Made by a program: the position numbers and the translations under genes
Shown: in pieces, positions 44,796 through 55,455 of the stretch
Position numbering within the stretch: position 1 is the first letter of the stretch
How the letters are laid out: every line of letters starts with the position of its first letter
From: an uncultured delta proteobacterium
GTDB taxonomy: Bacteria > Myxococcota_A > Polyangia > Fen-1088
NCBI GenBank assembly: GCA_963782545.1
Contig: CAWAKD010000007.1
Location: forward strand, 1,104,378 to 1,168,377
Length of the DNA: 64,000 nucleotides
Direction of reading: 5' to 3'
The notes under the pieces: generated by a model
The model's input: only the letters and a program-made list of their open reading frames with translations
Database searches by the model: none
Told to the model about the DNA's origin: nothing

Positions 44796-46505
44796 ATGAT
44801 CGAGCGAGACACCATGAAAGCCGGCGTCGTCTTCGTCGGCGGCGGCCCGGCCGGGCTTTCCGGCGCCTTGCACCTGACCAAGCTCATCGCCAGGCACAAC
44901 GCGGCCGTGGCCAAGGGGGAAAAGCCGGGCACGCCCATCACCGAGGAAACCCTGGGCGTCGACATGGTGGTCGCGGTCATCGAGAAGGCCGCCAACCTGG
45001 GCGACCACATCCTGTCAGGCGCGGTCATGGAACCCAAGGCCCTGGCCGAGCTGATTCCCGACTACAAGGAGAAGGGCGCTCCCATCGAGGGCGAGGTGAA
45101 GAGCGAAGGGGTATACTTCCTCACGCGCAAGCGCGCCTTCAAGCTCCCGATGGTGCCGCCGCAGATGAACAACCACGGCAACCTGATCGTGTCGCTGGGC
45201 AGATTGGTAAAGTGGCTGGGCGAGCAGCTCTCCGCCGCCGGCGTCGATGCCCTCACCACGTTCGCGGCGCAGGAGGTGCTGTACGAGGGCAATCGCGTGA
45301 TCGGCGTGCGGCTCGGCGACAAGGGCAGAAATCCCGACGGCACGCCCAAGGGGATCTTCGAGGCCGGCCCCAACCTGCTGGGCAAGTGCACCGTCCTGTG
45401 CGAAGGGACGCGCGGCTCGTGCACCAAACAGCTCGTGAAGAAGCTGGGGCTCGACGAGGGCAAGAACCCGCAGGCCTACGCCACCGGGGTGAAGGAAGTC
45501 TGGGAGTTCGAGAAATCACCCCTGCCCGCCGGCCACGTCATCCACACCATGGGCTACCCCATGGATAGCCAGACCTTCGGCGGCAGCTTCATCTACGCCC
45601 TGTCCGGCAATCAGATCGGTCTCGGCGTGATCACCGGCCTCGACTACCACGACCCGCTCATCGATCCGCACGTGCAATTCTGCAGGTTCAAGCAGCATCC
45701 CTTCGTCCAAAAGCTGCTCGAGGGCGGCAAGGTCGTCTCGTATGGGGCCAAGACCATTCCCGAGGGCGGCTACTATTCCATGCCCAAGCTCGCCATGGAC
45801 GGCGCGCTCCTCTGCGGCGACAGCGCCGGTATGGTGGCCATGCCCAAGCTCAAGGGCGTCCACTACGCCATCAAGTCCGGCATCCTGGCCGCGGAGACGC
45901 TGCTTGAGGCCCTGGTGACTGGCGATTTCTCGTCCAAGCAGCTCGCGAAGTACGAACGCGCGGTGGAGACTTCGTACATCGTCAAGGACCTGTACCCAGC
46001 GCGCAACTTCCGCCAGCTCATGAAGGCGGGTCTCGTCGGCGGCACCCTCCACGCCGCGCTCATGACCGTCACCGGCGGGCGCTACCCCCTCGACAAGATC
46101 GTCATCGACGAGGACCACAAGGACACACGAAAACTGCTCGATGTGTACCCGCAGGGTGCCCCCGCGAGCGCCTTCAAGTACGACAACCAGGGCACCACCT
46201 TCGACAAGCTGACCGACGTCTACCACTCGGGCACGCGCCATGAGGAGAAGCAGCCCTGCCACCTGAAGGTCGACACCAGCCACTGCGAACGCTGCGCCGA
46301 GGAGTACGGTAACCCGTGCGAGAAGTTCTGCCCGGCCAATGTCTACGTGGTCGAGCGCGAGGAGGCCACCGGCAAGTTCCAGAAACTGCGCATCGACTTC
46401 TCGAACTGCGTACACTGCAAGACCTGCGATATCAAGGATCCCTACGGCGCCATCAACTGGGTCCCCCCGGAAGGCGGCGGCGGACCGCTGTACAAGAATC
46501 TGTAG
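44796..46505 (+). CDS. Electron-transfer flavoprotein:ubiquinone oxidoreductase (ETF-QO).
   Basis: FAD motif VVFVGGGPAGLSGA; C-terminal 4Fe-4S CVHCKTCDIKDP. Confidence 0.9.
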   Translation: MIERDTMKAGVVFVGGGPAGLSGALHLTKLIARHNAAVAKGEKPGTPITEETLGVDMVVAVIEKAANLGDHILSGAVMEPKALAELIPDYKEKGAPIEGEVKSEGVYFLTRKRAFKLPMVPPQMNNHGNLIVSLGRLVKWLGEQLSAAGVDALTTFAAQEVLYEGNRVIGVRLGDKGRNPDGTPKGIFEAGPNLLGKCTVLCEGTRGSCTKQLVKKLGLDEGKNPQAYATGVKEVWEFEKSPLPAGHVIHTMGYPMDSQTFGGSFIYALSGNQIGLGVITGLDYHDPLIDPHVQFCRFKQHPFVQKLLEGGKVVSYGAKTIPEGGYYSMPKLAMDGALLCGDSAGMVAMPKLKGVHYAIKSGILAAETLLEALVTGDFSSKQLAKYERAVETSYIVKDLYPARNFRQLMKAGLVGGTLHAALMTVTGGRYPLDKIVIDEDHKDTRKLLDVYPQGAPASAFKYDNQGTTFDKLTDVYHSGTRHEEKQPCHLKVDTSHCERCAEEYGNPCEKFCPANVYVVEREEATGKFQKLRIDFSNCVHCKTCDIKDPYGAINWVPPEGGGGPLYKNL

Positions 46506-46527
46506 TCGGCTACGAGTGGAGCAAGTC

Positions 46528-47523
46528 ATGACGGAGAATCAGGCGAAGACGACCAAGCTAGGCCAGACCGGACCGGAGGTCTTTCCTCTCGGGCTCGGTT
46601 GCATGGGCATGTCGGGGATGTACGGTGCGACCGACGACGCGGAGAGCGTCGCCACCATCCGGGCGGCCATCGACGCGGGCGTCACCTTGATCGACACCGG
46701 CGACTTCTACGGCATGGGCCACAACGAGATGCTGGTCGGCCGCGCCATCGCGGGCCGGCGCGACCGCGTGTTGCTCTCCGTGAAGTTCGGCGCGCTTCGC
46801 GGTCCCGACGGAAACTGGCTGGGCATCGACACGCGCCCCGCTGCCGTGAAGACCTTCTGTGCCTACAGCCTCAAGCGCCTCGGCGTCGACGTCATCGACG
46901 TCTACCGGCCCTCCCGTCTCGATCCCGCCGTGCCCATCGAGGACACCATCGGGGCCGTCGCGGATCTGGTGAAGGCCGGCTACGTGCGCCACATCGGGCT
47001 CTCCGAGGTCGGCGCGGAGACCATCGCGCGCGCCCAGCGCGTCCACCCCATCGTCGACCTGCAGATCGAATACTCCCTGGCCAGTCGCGGCCCGGAGCGC
47101 AGCATCTTTCCCGCCCTCGCTCGCCTGGGCATCGGCGCGACGCTGTACGGAATCTTCTCGCGCGGCTTGCTCACCGGCAGCAAGCCACAAGACAGGCGCG
47201 ATTTTCGCGCCTACCTTCCGCGCTTCGCGCCCGGCAACCTCGGCCACAACGACGCCGTCGTCGCGCAGCTCCAGCGCTTCGCCGCCGACCGGGGTATGAG
47301 CGCGGCACAGCTCGCTATCGCCTGGGCGCGGGCGCGCCAACCCGGGTTCGTGCCGCTGGTCGGAGCCAAGACGCGCCAGCAGCTCGCGGACGCGCTCGGC
47401 GCGATCGACAAACCTCTTTCGCCAAGCGACGCGGCCGCGCTCGAGGCGCTGGTCCCCGAAGGCGCGGTTGCGGGCACCCGCTACGGCACCGAACAAATGG
47501 CCCACCTCGATAGCGAAAAGTAG
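46528..47523 (+). CDS. Aldo/keto reductase.
   Basis: Internal Met MTENQAKTTKLG of ORF 46339..47523; LGCMGMSGMYG, IDTGDFYG. Confidence 0.9.
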   Translation: MTENQAKTTKLGQTGPEVFPLGLGCMGMSGMYGATDDAESVATIRAAIDAGVTLIDTGDFYGMGHNEMLVGRAIAGRRDRVLLSVKFGALRGPDGNWLGIDTRPAAVKTFCAYSLKRLGVDVIDVYRPSRLDPAVPIEDTIGAVADLVKAGYVRHIGLSEVGAETIARAQRVHPIVDLQIEYSLASRGPERSIFPALARLGIGATLYGIFSRGLLTGSKPQDRRDFRAYLPRFAPGNLGHNDAVVAQLQRFAADRGMSAAQLAIAWARARQPGFVPLVGAKTRQQLADALGAIDKPLSPSDAAALEALVPEGAVAGTRYGTEQMAHLDSEK

Positions 47524-47814
47524 GTCGCAGCATCTACGGCGTGGCGACTCCTGTCGGCTGCGCCGGTGCCCAAGCCACCACTCCAAGGCCGCCGTGGCGG
47601 TGAAGATGGCCATGGGCTATGCCCAGGCTCTCCCTCGGGCCGCCCCCGAGCCGAAGCCACAGTGATCTTGGCCAGATTCTGCGCGTGGTGAAATCTAGAC
47701 ACCTTCACCAGTCACGCCCAGCGACGCCTCCCGTGGACTGCGCTGTTCGGGGCCATCGTCCACTTCGGACGGGCTGACAGCAAGCTGGCCATCCTTTTGC
47801 ATGAGTCGCCGGCC

Positions 47815-48999
47815 ATGAAGATCGCCATCGTCACCGAGTACTACTACCCGACCTTGGGAGGAATTCAGGAACACGTTCATCATTTCGCCCGCACTGCACG
47901 CAAGCTGGGCCACGACGTGCGCATCATCGCGCCGGCAGTCGAAGACGGTCTGGCTTCCACGCGCCGTCGCGGCCCTGCGGCGAATGAACGCTCGATTGAC
48001 GAGCAGAACGGTGTCATCCGCATCGGAAGCTCCATTCCACTCTTGTCCGGCGGCTCGATCGCCCGCGTGTCGGTTGGAACCGCCCTGTCGCGGAAGATCG
48101 TCGATGTCTTGCGAGCCGAGCGATTCGATGTCTTGCACACGCATTCACCGCTGATGCCCACCTTGCCGCTGCTCGCGTTGCGCGCGTCCGATTGCGCGAA
48201 CGTGGGGACTTTTCACAGCGATTTCGAGCGCAACATCCTCTACTTTGCCCTCGCCCATTTCTTACAGCCGTACGTGGACCGCCTCGACGCCGCGATTGGT
48301 GTGTCGGAAACCGCACTGCGCGGATTGCGCCACTATTTCAAGGCTCGCTGGCGCGTGATCCCCAATGGCGTCGACGTGTCGATGTTCAGCTCGGGGCAAA
48401 GGCGACCAGAGTTCGACGACGGTCGGCTCAGCGTGCTTCACCTCGGCCGCTTCGACCCGCGCAACGGCGTGGACCGCGTGATCAAGGCATGGGTCGCCGT
48501 GCGCAGGTCCGGCACGGACGCGCGTTTGATCCTGGTCGGTGATGGGCCCTTGCGGCCCACGTACGAATCGATGGTTCCGTCGGATCTCCGCGCCGACGCA
48601 CATTTCGTCGGCTTTGTCGAAAGCGACGAACGTCCATCGTACTACGCTTCCGGCGATGTGTTGCTTTGTCCGGCGGTTGGCGGAACCTTCGGCATCATCG
48701 TGGTCGAGGCGATGGCGGCAGGTTGCGCCGTGGTCGCGGCGGACACGCCTGGGTTTCGCAACGTCATGGAAGACGGCGTGCAGGGGTTCATGGTCGACGT
48801 CGCCGCCGACCCGACCTGCGTGCAACTTGCAGAGCGCACCCGACAATTGCTGGACGATGCCCGCTTGCGCCAGCGTTGTGCCGAAGCCGGCCGTAGGGCC
48901 GCAGCGCGATTCGATTGGCCAGCGGTCGCCGATCAGGTTTTGCGCGTCTACGGCGAAATTCTTGGCGGAACGGAGATCGCAAGTTGCGCGAACCGATGA
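47815..48999 (+). CDS. Glycosyltransferase family 4 (PimA-like).
   Basis: MKIAIVTEYYYPTLGGIQEHV...; C-terminal EX7E region (FVESDERPSYYASGDVLLCPAVGGTFGIIVVEAMAAG). Confidence 0.85.
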   Translation: MKIAIVTEYYYPTLGGIQEHVHHFARTARKLGHDVRIIAPAVEDGLASTRRRGPAANERSIDEQNGVIRIGSSIPLLSGGSIARVSVGTALSRKIVDVLRAERFDVLHTHSPLMPTLPLLALRASDCANVGTFHSDFERNILYFALAHFLQPYVDRLDAAIGVSETALRGLRHYFKARWRVIPNGVDVSMFSSGQRRPEFDDGRLSVLHLGRFDPRNGVDRVIKAWVAVRRSGTDARLILVGDGPLRPTYESMVPSDLRADAHFVGFVESDERPSYYASGDVLLCPAVGGTFGIIVVEAMAAGCAVVAADTPGFRNVMEDGVQGFMVDVAADPTCVQLAERTRQLLDDARLRQRCAEAGRRAAARFDWPAVADQVLRVYGEILGGTEIASCANR

Positions 49000-50555
49000 G
49001 AGTCAGCGCGTCTGCCGCAGGTATCTGGCGCTCCCGAGCGTGGGTCATCGCCATTGTCTGCTGCGGGCTCCGTGCCGTCTCGCTCGTGCGGGTCTGCCTT
49101 TCGGACGACGAGGCCATCTACGCCGTTGTCGCCCGGGAAATGCTGGCAGGCCGGACCCTGTATCGCGATGTCGTCGATCACAAGCCGCCCCTCATCTACT
49201 TGGTCTACGCCTTCACCCAAGCCGTCGCCGGATTTCGCGGCGGAATGCTGCTCTTGCATCTGCTGGCCATCGCCGCGGTCTTTGCCACAGCGCTGGTGCT
49301 CCGGCGCATCGTTCATGAATTTGCCGGCCTGCCAGCCGACTCGCGCGCGCCATTTTGGGCAGCTCTTCTTTATGCGGTCTTCACAACCACGCTTCTGCCC
49401 TTCGATGCCTTGGCGGCAAATTGCGAATTGTTCATGATGCTGCCGCTTTCCGCATCCGTGCTGTTCTTCCTGCGCGGCGCCGGCAATCTGCGCACGCGCC
49501 CACTTCTTGCCACCGGCGCGCTGGTCGGTATTGCCGCCCTTTTCAAGTACCAGGCTGGCGTGCAGCTGGCCCTCTATGGGGCAAGCCTGACCGCCGCACA
49601 CTGCCGACGGATATCTCGGGTCCTGCTGGCGGGTGCAGCCATTGGCGTCGGCGTGGCTGCGGTGTTCGGGATTGCGCTCGCCCTCATGCAGTCCGCCGGG
49701 AGCCTCGACGCCGCATGGTTCTGGTTTCGCTTCAACTTCAGCTACATCAAGACCGGCTTCCATCCCATGGACACGGTCAAACGAGCGACGATCCGCATTT
49801 CCTTCGTGTCCGGCGCGGCGGCCTTTCTGTGGATTCTCGCAACGGCAGCGGCATTCAAGTCGATCAGGGCAAAGCCGGAGCAAAGCGGCGTCGGCTTCAT
49901 TCGTGTTGTCTCCCTTTGGGCCCTTGTCAGCGCGTTGGCCATCACCACCGGCGGTCGCTTCTTCGGTCACTATTTCCACCAAATCACCGCACCCCTGGCC
50001 GTGCTGGCGGCGCCCGCTGCCGCGCGGCTCTGGCGAGCCCGCCGGCGCCTCGTGATGACCGCGGTGGGGGGGCCGGCGGCCGCGTTCCTCCTGCTGGGCA
50101 TCTTCGATGTCCCGGTATTCGCCGCCGTGGGCGAGCCAGTGCCCGACTACCGGCGCATGGCCGACCTTGTCGAGGCAAACGCGCGGCCGGGCGACGGGCT
50201 GGTCGTGTGGGGCAACTTGCCGGTTCTCTACTTCCTGGCCGAGCACCCGCTTGGCACGCGATTCGTCTTTTCGAATTACATGACCGGACTTTCACCAGCC
50301 ACGCCATCGCAATCGGATCCCTCGGTCGATGCCTCCCCCAACATCGTCCCAGAGAGTTGGGCCATGTTCGAGGCGGATATCGCCAAGCGAAGGCCGCGTA
50401 TTCTCGTCGATACGTCGCCTGGCAATGTGGCGGCGTACGGTAAGTTTCCACCGTCGAGTTTTCCACGCTTGCAAGCCCTTCTCGACCGCGCCTATCGGCC
50501 CGTGGGCGAGACCGCCGGCGTTCGCGTCTTCGTCCGCCGAGAAGGGGCCGACTGA
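48996..50555 (+). CDS. ArnT/PMT-like (GT39/GT83-type) polytopic membrane glycosyltransferase.
   Basis: ATGA overlap with the GT4 gene. DEAIYAVVAREMLAGRTLYRDVVDHKPPLIY loop motif; about 11 TM helices. Confidence 0.8.
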   Translation: MRVSASAAGIWRSRAWVIAIVCCGLRAVSLVRVCLSDDEAIYAVVAREMLAGRTLYRDVVDHKPPLIYLVYAFTQAVAGFRGGMLLLHLLAIAAVFATALVLRRIVHEFAGLPADSRAPFWAALLYAVFTTTLLPFDALAANCELFMMLPLSASVLFFLRGAGNLRTRPLLATGALVGIAALFKYQAGVQLALYGASLTAAHCRRISRVLLAGAAIGVGVAAVFGIALALMQSAGSLDAAWFWFRFNFSYIKTGFHPMDTVKRATIRISFVSGAAAFLWILATAAAFKSIRAKPEQSGVGFIRVVSLWALVSALAITTGGRFFGHYFHQITAPLAVLAAPAAARLWRARRRLVMTAVGGPAAAFLLLGIFDVPVFAAVGEPVPDYRRMADLVEANARPGDGLVVWGNLPVLYFLAEHPLGTRFVFSNYMTGLSPATPSQSDPSVDASPNIVPESWAMFEADIAKRRPRILVDTSPGNVAAYGKFPPSSFPRLQALLDRAYRPVGETAGVRVFVRREGAD

Positions 50556-53158
50556 TGGGCTTGGGTGCGACGGCGGCGGCGAACGGCGACACCGACGGTG
50601 GCCAAGCCTTGCCGAGTCGCCTTCATGGCTACGTCGACTTTCTCGCACGCCGCAGTCTGCCGATTTCGATCGGCGCGCTGGTTCTGTTCGTGCTCGGCGT
50701 TGCAGCGGCTTCCCGCCTGCAGTTGAGGTCGGACTTCACGGAGTTGCTTCCCGAGGACGATCCGGAAGTCGCACGATTGAAAGACCTGGGCGACAAGATC
50801 GGCACGCCCTCGACGCTGGTCGTGGCCGTCGAGGGACCCGATCCGACCTCGAACGAGAGCTTTGCCGAAGCGCTGGTCGAGAACCTGCGCCCGCTGATCG
50901 GCACGGATCTGCGGGCGATCGACTACCGCGCAGACGCCAGCCGTCCGTTTTTCGAGCGCAACCAGGCGCTCTACGCGAATTTGCGAGACCTGCAACGTAT
51001 CGACGACGACGTCAAGAAGCTGATCGTTTCCAAGAAGAATCCGATGTTTCTGCCCTTCGCCGATCCCGACAAGGGCGAGGTGGACGACGACCCGGCCACG
51101 GATCTGCGCAGGCTTAGGCAGCAGCTGGAAACGCAGAAACCCAGAGGCGCCTTTCCATCCGGCTACTACGAAACCTCGGACCGGCGTCTGCTCGCCATCA
51201 TCACCTGGACGGTTTCGTCCGGGACCGGCGATTGGTCCGGCTTTCGCATCCGCGACGACGTGCAGCGGGTCATCGAGCAGACACATACGGCGTCTTTCGG
51301 CGACGTCAAGGCAAGCATCACCGGCGATGTCGCTACCGCCATCGAAGAGCACGACGCGCTCAAGTCCGACATCGCGTGGGTCTCCATCGTGTGCACGGTG
51401 CTGGTCTTGCTGGTGATCATGCTGTATTTCCGCAGCATCATCGCCCTTGGTTACGTTTTCTTTCCCACTCTGCTCGGGGTGGCCGTCGCGTTCGGCATCA
51501 CCGCCTTGACGATCGGCTACCTCAACACCAACACCGCCTTCCTTGGCTCGATCATCATCGGCAACGGCATCAATTTCGGCATCATTCTGCTTGCCCGCTA
51601 TCGCGAGGAACGACAGGGCGCCCCGACCGATCCGCCGACCAGTGCGATGACCAAGGCCATCGCGGCGACCGTTCGCCCGACGCTCGCCGCCGCGCTGGCC
51701 GCTGGCATCGCCTACGCCAGCCTGACCTTGACCGGTTTCCGCGGATTTCGCCAATTCGGGTTCGTCGGCGGAACGGGCATGGTCCTCTGTTGGCTGGCGA
51801 CGTACAGCTATTTTCCGGCCCTGGTCTTCTTCTGGGAGAGACTGCGCAGAAACCCCGCACCCAAACCCCAGTCTTCCCACCGTCGGCTGGTTGCCGTCGC
51901 GAATTCCCTGCTGAGGCATCGACGCATGCTGATTGGACTCGTAGCTGCCGTCAGCCTCCTTGCGGCGTGTGTCGTGGCGCCATTGCTGTCGAACCCGTTC
52001 GAATATGACTTCTCCAAACTACGCAACCAGCACAGTCGCAAGCACGGCGCGGGCGAGCTGTACGCACGGGTTGGCAAGATCTTTCCGCAGGACATTTCGC
52101 CGGTCGGCGTCGCGCTCTTGGCGTCGCCCGAAGATGCGGCCCTTTACGCCCAAGCCGTCCTCGAAAAGGACTGTAGGGACGGCCTTTCGCGTGCCCATTC
52201 GAGCGTTGCAGCGAGCGCCGCGACCCTGGCCCGGGAATGTGCGCGGCGAGTCGCCGCCGGGGAGCCCACCGGAGGTCTGCTTTCCAAGGTGTCGACGGCG
52301 TTCGACTATCTGCCCAAAGACCAAGACGTCAAGCTCACGCTGATAGCCGACATCCGCAGGCGCCTGAGTGACCGAGCCCTACAGACCGTATCGGAGGCAG
52401 ATCGCAGACTCGTCGCAGATTGGATGCCTGCCGCCAATCTTCACCGGCTGACACCGGCCGATCTGCCGGAGGCGATTGCGCGGCGATTCCGCGAGTTCGA
52501 CGGCACCGTCGGTCGGGTGGCCCTGCTCTTTCCCGTTCGCGTGTGGGCGAATTGGGATGGGCACAACTTGATCCGTCTTGCGGACGTGACCAAGGACGTT
52601 GTCCTGCCCAGCGGCCACGTCGCATCAGCCGCGGGGCACACCTCGCTGTTCGCGGCCATGCTCCGCTCGATTGCGCACGACGGCCCCATCGCGACCGTGG
52701 CAGCCATGATCGGCGTCGCCATCATGGTGCTGCTGCTCTTCCGCAACCTGCGCAGCACGGCGATGGTGCTCTTGTCGCTGGGCGTGGGTGTGTTGTGGAT
52801 GGGGGGAGCGGGCGTGCTCCTGCACATGAAGCTCAATTTTCTCAATTTCGTGGCGTTGCCGATCACCTTCGGTATCGGCGTCGATTATGCGGTCAACATT
52901 TTCGCACGCATGGCCAGTGAGCCGCCGGAACGGCGCGCGCATGCGCTTGCGGAAACCGGGAGCGCGGTCGCGCTTTGTTCCTCGACCACCATCATCGGCT
53001 ACAGCTCACTCCTCATCGCATCCAATGGTGCACTGGTTTCCTTCGGCAAACTTGCGAATCTGGGCGAGGTCGGCTGCCTACTTGTTGCGCTCCTGCTGGT
53101 GCCCTCGGTCTCCAGACGCCACCGTGCCAAGCGGGCCATGCAGGCAACCCCGGTCTGA
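50555..53158 (+). CDS. MMPL/RND-superfamily lipid exporter (HpnN-like).
   Basis: 867 aa with two 6-TM bundles and two periplasmic domains; start overlaps the upstream stop (TGATG). Confidence 0.8.
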   Translation: MGLGATAAANGDTDGGQALPSRLHGYVDFLARRSLPISIGALVLFVLGVAAASRLQLRSDFTELLPEDDPEVARLKDLGDKIGTPSTLVVAVEGPDPTSNESFAEALVENLRPLIGTDLRAIDYRADASRPFFERNQALYANLRDLQRIDDDVKKLIVSKKNPMFLPFADPDKGEVDDDPATDLRRLRQQLETQKPRGAFPSGYYETSDRRLLAIITWTVSSGTGDWSGFRIRDDVQRVIEQTHTASFGDVKASITGDVATAIEEHDALKSDIAWVSIVCTVLVLLVIMLYFRSIIALGYVFFPTLLGVAVAFGITALTIGYLNTNTAFLGSIIIGNGINFGIILLARYREERQGAPTDPPTSAMTKAIAATVRPTLAAALAAGIAYASLTLTGFRGFRQFGFVGGTGMVLCWLATYSYFPALVFFWERLRRNPAPKPQSSHRRLVAVANSLLRHRRMLIGLVAAVSLLAACVVAPLLSNPFEYDFSKLRNQHSRKHGAGELYARVGKIFPQDISPVGVALLASPEDAALYAQAVLEKDCRDGLSRAHSSVAASAATLARECARRVAAGEPTGGLLSKVSTAFDYLPKDQDVKLTLIADIRRRLSDRALQTVSEADRRLVADWMPAANLHRLTPADLPEAIARRFREFDGTVGRVALLFPVRVWANWDGHNLIRLADVTKDVVLPSGHVASAAGHTSLFAAMLRSIAHDGPIATVAAMIGVAIMVLLLFRNLRSTAMVLLSLGVGVLWMGGAGVLLHMKLNFLNFVALPITFGIGVDYAVNIFARMASEPPERRAHALAETGSAVALCSSTTIIGYSSLLIASNGALVSFGKLANLGEVGCLLVALLLVPSVSRRHRAKRAMQATPV

Positions 53159-53464
53159 ATTCGGGCGGATGTGCCGCTGTCCGAAACCTGACACCGGTTG
53201 ACGGCGCTCAACACGATCTGACATCCGCGCCGCATGTTTGCGGCGACTCGATGGCTGGCCGCTCGATTGCATTCGAGCTTCGACCATGGACCGCATAGCT
53301 ACTGCCACCAAGAAAGCCTGGGCCATGGTGACGCTCCTCGCGTCAACCCTGCTGTCTTACGCGAAGATCGTCGGTGTCGTTGTTTCCGAACGGCTCTGGC
53401 GAATTCCGCAGCGCCACCTTCGCACGGCAGGAGATTTCGCACGCAGCGCTGGCAGGAGGATGTC

Positions 53465-54370
53465 ATGAATTTTCTGGCGAGACTCGGCGGCTCGTCCGCG
53501 GACCTGATCTTCCTCGTCTCCTTTTCGGCCGCCGCATTGGTCCCCTTCGCAACCTACGTCTGCCTCTGGCTCTTGGGCGTAGAGTCTTTGCCCCCCCCGA
53601 AGGACGAAGGCGCAGGCCGTCGCCTGCTCGGCCCGCTCTTCATCGGCTTCTACTATTGGCTGCTCGGTCCGTTCCTCCACTTGGCCAAGCGCACCGGGCT
53701 TACCCCGAACCAGTTCACGCTGGCGTCTCTGGTGGCGAGCATTCCCACGGGTCTGGCCATCGCGACCGGGCACTTCGCGCTGGCATCCGTGCTGCTCATC
53801 GTCGGGACCACGCTCGACGTGGTGGACGGGCATCTCGCGCGCAGCAAGGGCCTGGTCAGCAAGGCAGGCGCGTTCCTCGACTCCACCGTCGATCGCGTCT
53901 GCGACGGTATGATCCTCGGCGGATTCGCGGTGTATTACGCAGGGACGCCAACCCTATTGGCGGCGCTGGGCGCATTGATCATGTCGTTCGCCACCAGCTA
54001 CGCGCGCGCACGCGGCGAGTCGCTCGGGGCCTCAGGCTCGGAAGGCCTGATCCAGCGGGCCGACCGGCTGGTCATTCTGAGCTTGGCCCTGGCCCTGTCG
54101 CCCTGCTTGGGACACCGCATGGAAGGCTTCGTTCCCCATCCTTCTTACGCGATTGCGAAAGCCGCTCTTTGGCTACTCGCGATCCTGAGCACGTTCACGG
54201 CAGCCACGCGCGTCGCATGGATCATGAAGAAGTTACAGCCGAAAGGCGCGGAGGCGGCCAGGCCCGTGGCGCTTTCCGTGCGAGCCATCCGCCCCTTTGC
54301 GGTCACCCCAGTCCACTCCCTCACAACCACGGATGCGGGAAAGACGCCAACAGGGCCAGCCGATGCCTAG
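53465..54370 (+). CDS. CDP-alcohol phosphatidyltransferase-family enzyme.
   Basis: Signature DVVDGHLARSKGLVSKAGAFLDSTVDRVCD, i.e. D-G-x2-A-R-x8-G-x3-D-x3-D. Confidence 0.8.
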   Translation: MNFLARLGGSSADLIFLVSFSAAALVPFATYVCLWLLGVESLPPPKDEGAGRRLLGPLFIGFYYWLLGPFLHLAKRTGLTPNQFTLASLVASIPTGLAIATGHFALASVLLIVGTTLDVVDGHLARSKGLVSKAGAFLDSTVDRVCDGMILGGFAVYYAGTPTLLAALGALIMSFATSYARARGESLGASGSEGLIQRADRLVILSLALALSPCLGHRMEGFVPHPSYAIAKAALWLLAILSTFTAATRVAWIMKKLQPKGAEAARPVALSVRAIRPFAVTPVHSLTTTDAGKTPTGPADA

Positions 54371-55455
54371 CAGCTCCGGGGCCGAAGAGTCGACCACTCG
54401 GCGGGCAGCATGGTGGGGGCTCGGCCTACGTGGGCTGATACTGTCTGCCGCTCTGGTCTTCCTGGTTCGAGGCGTACACTGGCATGACATGAGCGGCGCA
54501 ATTGGACGGTCCGGCTTTCTGTTGCCAGCCGTCGTGGTTGCCATGAACGCCTGCATGATGAGCCTTCGGGCACTGCGACTGCGTATCCTGCTCCAGGGAA
54601 ACATCTCTTTCTCTTCGTCGTTCGTGACCCTGTTGACCTCGTCCGCAATCAACAACATCACGCCATTCCGCGGTGGCAATGTGGCGCGCCTGTGGATGCT
54701 CGAACGTGCCGCCGGGGTGACCAAGTCGGCCGCAATTGCGCTGACCGTGGTCGAAAATCTGCTCGAAGTCCTAGTGTTGGCGGCGGTTGGCTTCGCGGCA
54801 TCGTGGTTCGTTGCAGGTCAACGCTGGGCCGCCGTCGCGACCCCCGTGGTGTTCTCGGCCGCCATCGCCGTGCTGGTCCTGCTGCGAGTGACCGCCGGAC
54901 GCGCGGCCGACTCGGCCACGGCGGCTCGTCCAGGCCTCGGCTGCCCAGGTTGGATTCGAGAAAGCCCGCCGGCTGCGCGCGCGGCTCGAACCTGGCGTTC
55001 GTGCGCTGTCGAAGCCAGGTGTCCCTGCACAGGCGTTGCTGCTGTCGCTTCTGGCGTGGACCTGCGAGGCGACCATGATCCTCATCTGCGCGCGGTCGAT
55101 GGAGCTGCGAGTTTCTTTTGCGCTGGCCACGGTCGTATTGCTCGGAATCAACCTGGCGCTCGCGTTGCCGTCGACCCCGGCCGGGGCCGGGCCGTTCGAG
55201 GGCGCGGCGGTCGCGGTCCTCATGCTGGCTGGCGTCGCCAAAGGCCCTGCCGTCGCCTTCGCGCTTTTCTATCACGCGATTCAGGTCATTCCGGTGACGT
55301 TGGCAGGAGTGACCGTCGTGCTATCGACGAAGCGCCGGCAAGCGCGCCAAGCGGGCCGACTCTTCGCGGCTCCTAACTGCGCCGCTGTCTGCCCCAGCGC
55401 AGAAAGCGCAGGTCGATGTGGCGCCGCTCGGCGACTTCCGCGGCCTTGTGCATGA
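54363..55455 (+). CDS. UPF0104/MprF-flippase-like (LPG-synthase TM domain) membrane protein. Frame break near 54890-54920; the 3' end is uncertain because it overlaps the convergent gene.
   Basis: N-terminal half in ORF 54297..55376 (from MPSSSG); C-terminal half in ORF 55036..55455 (LLSLLAWTCEATMILICARSMELRVSFALATVVLLGINLALALPSTPAGAGPFE). ATG overlaps the upstream stop. Confidence 0.65.
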
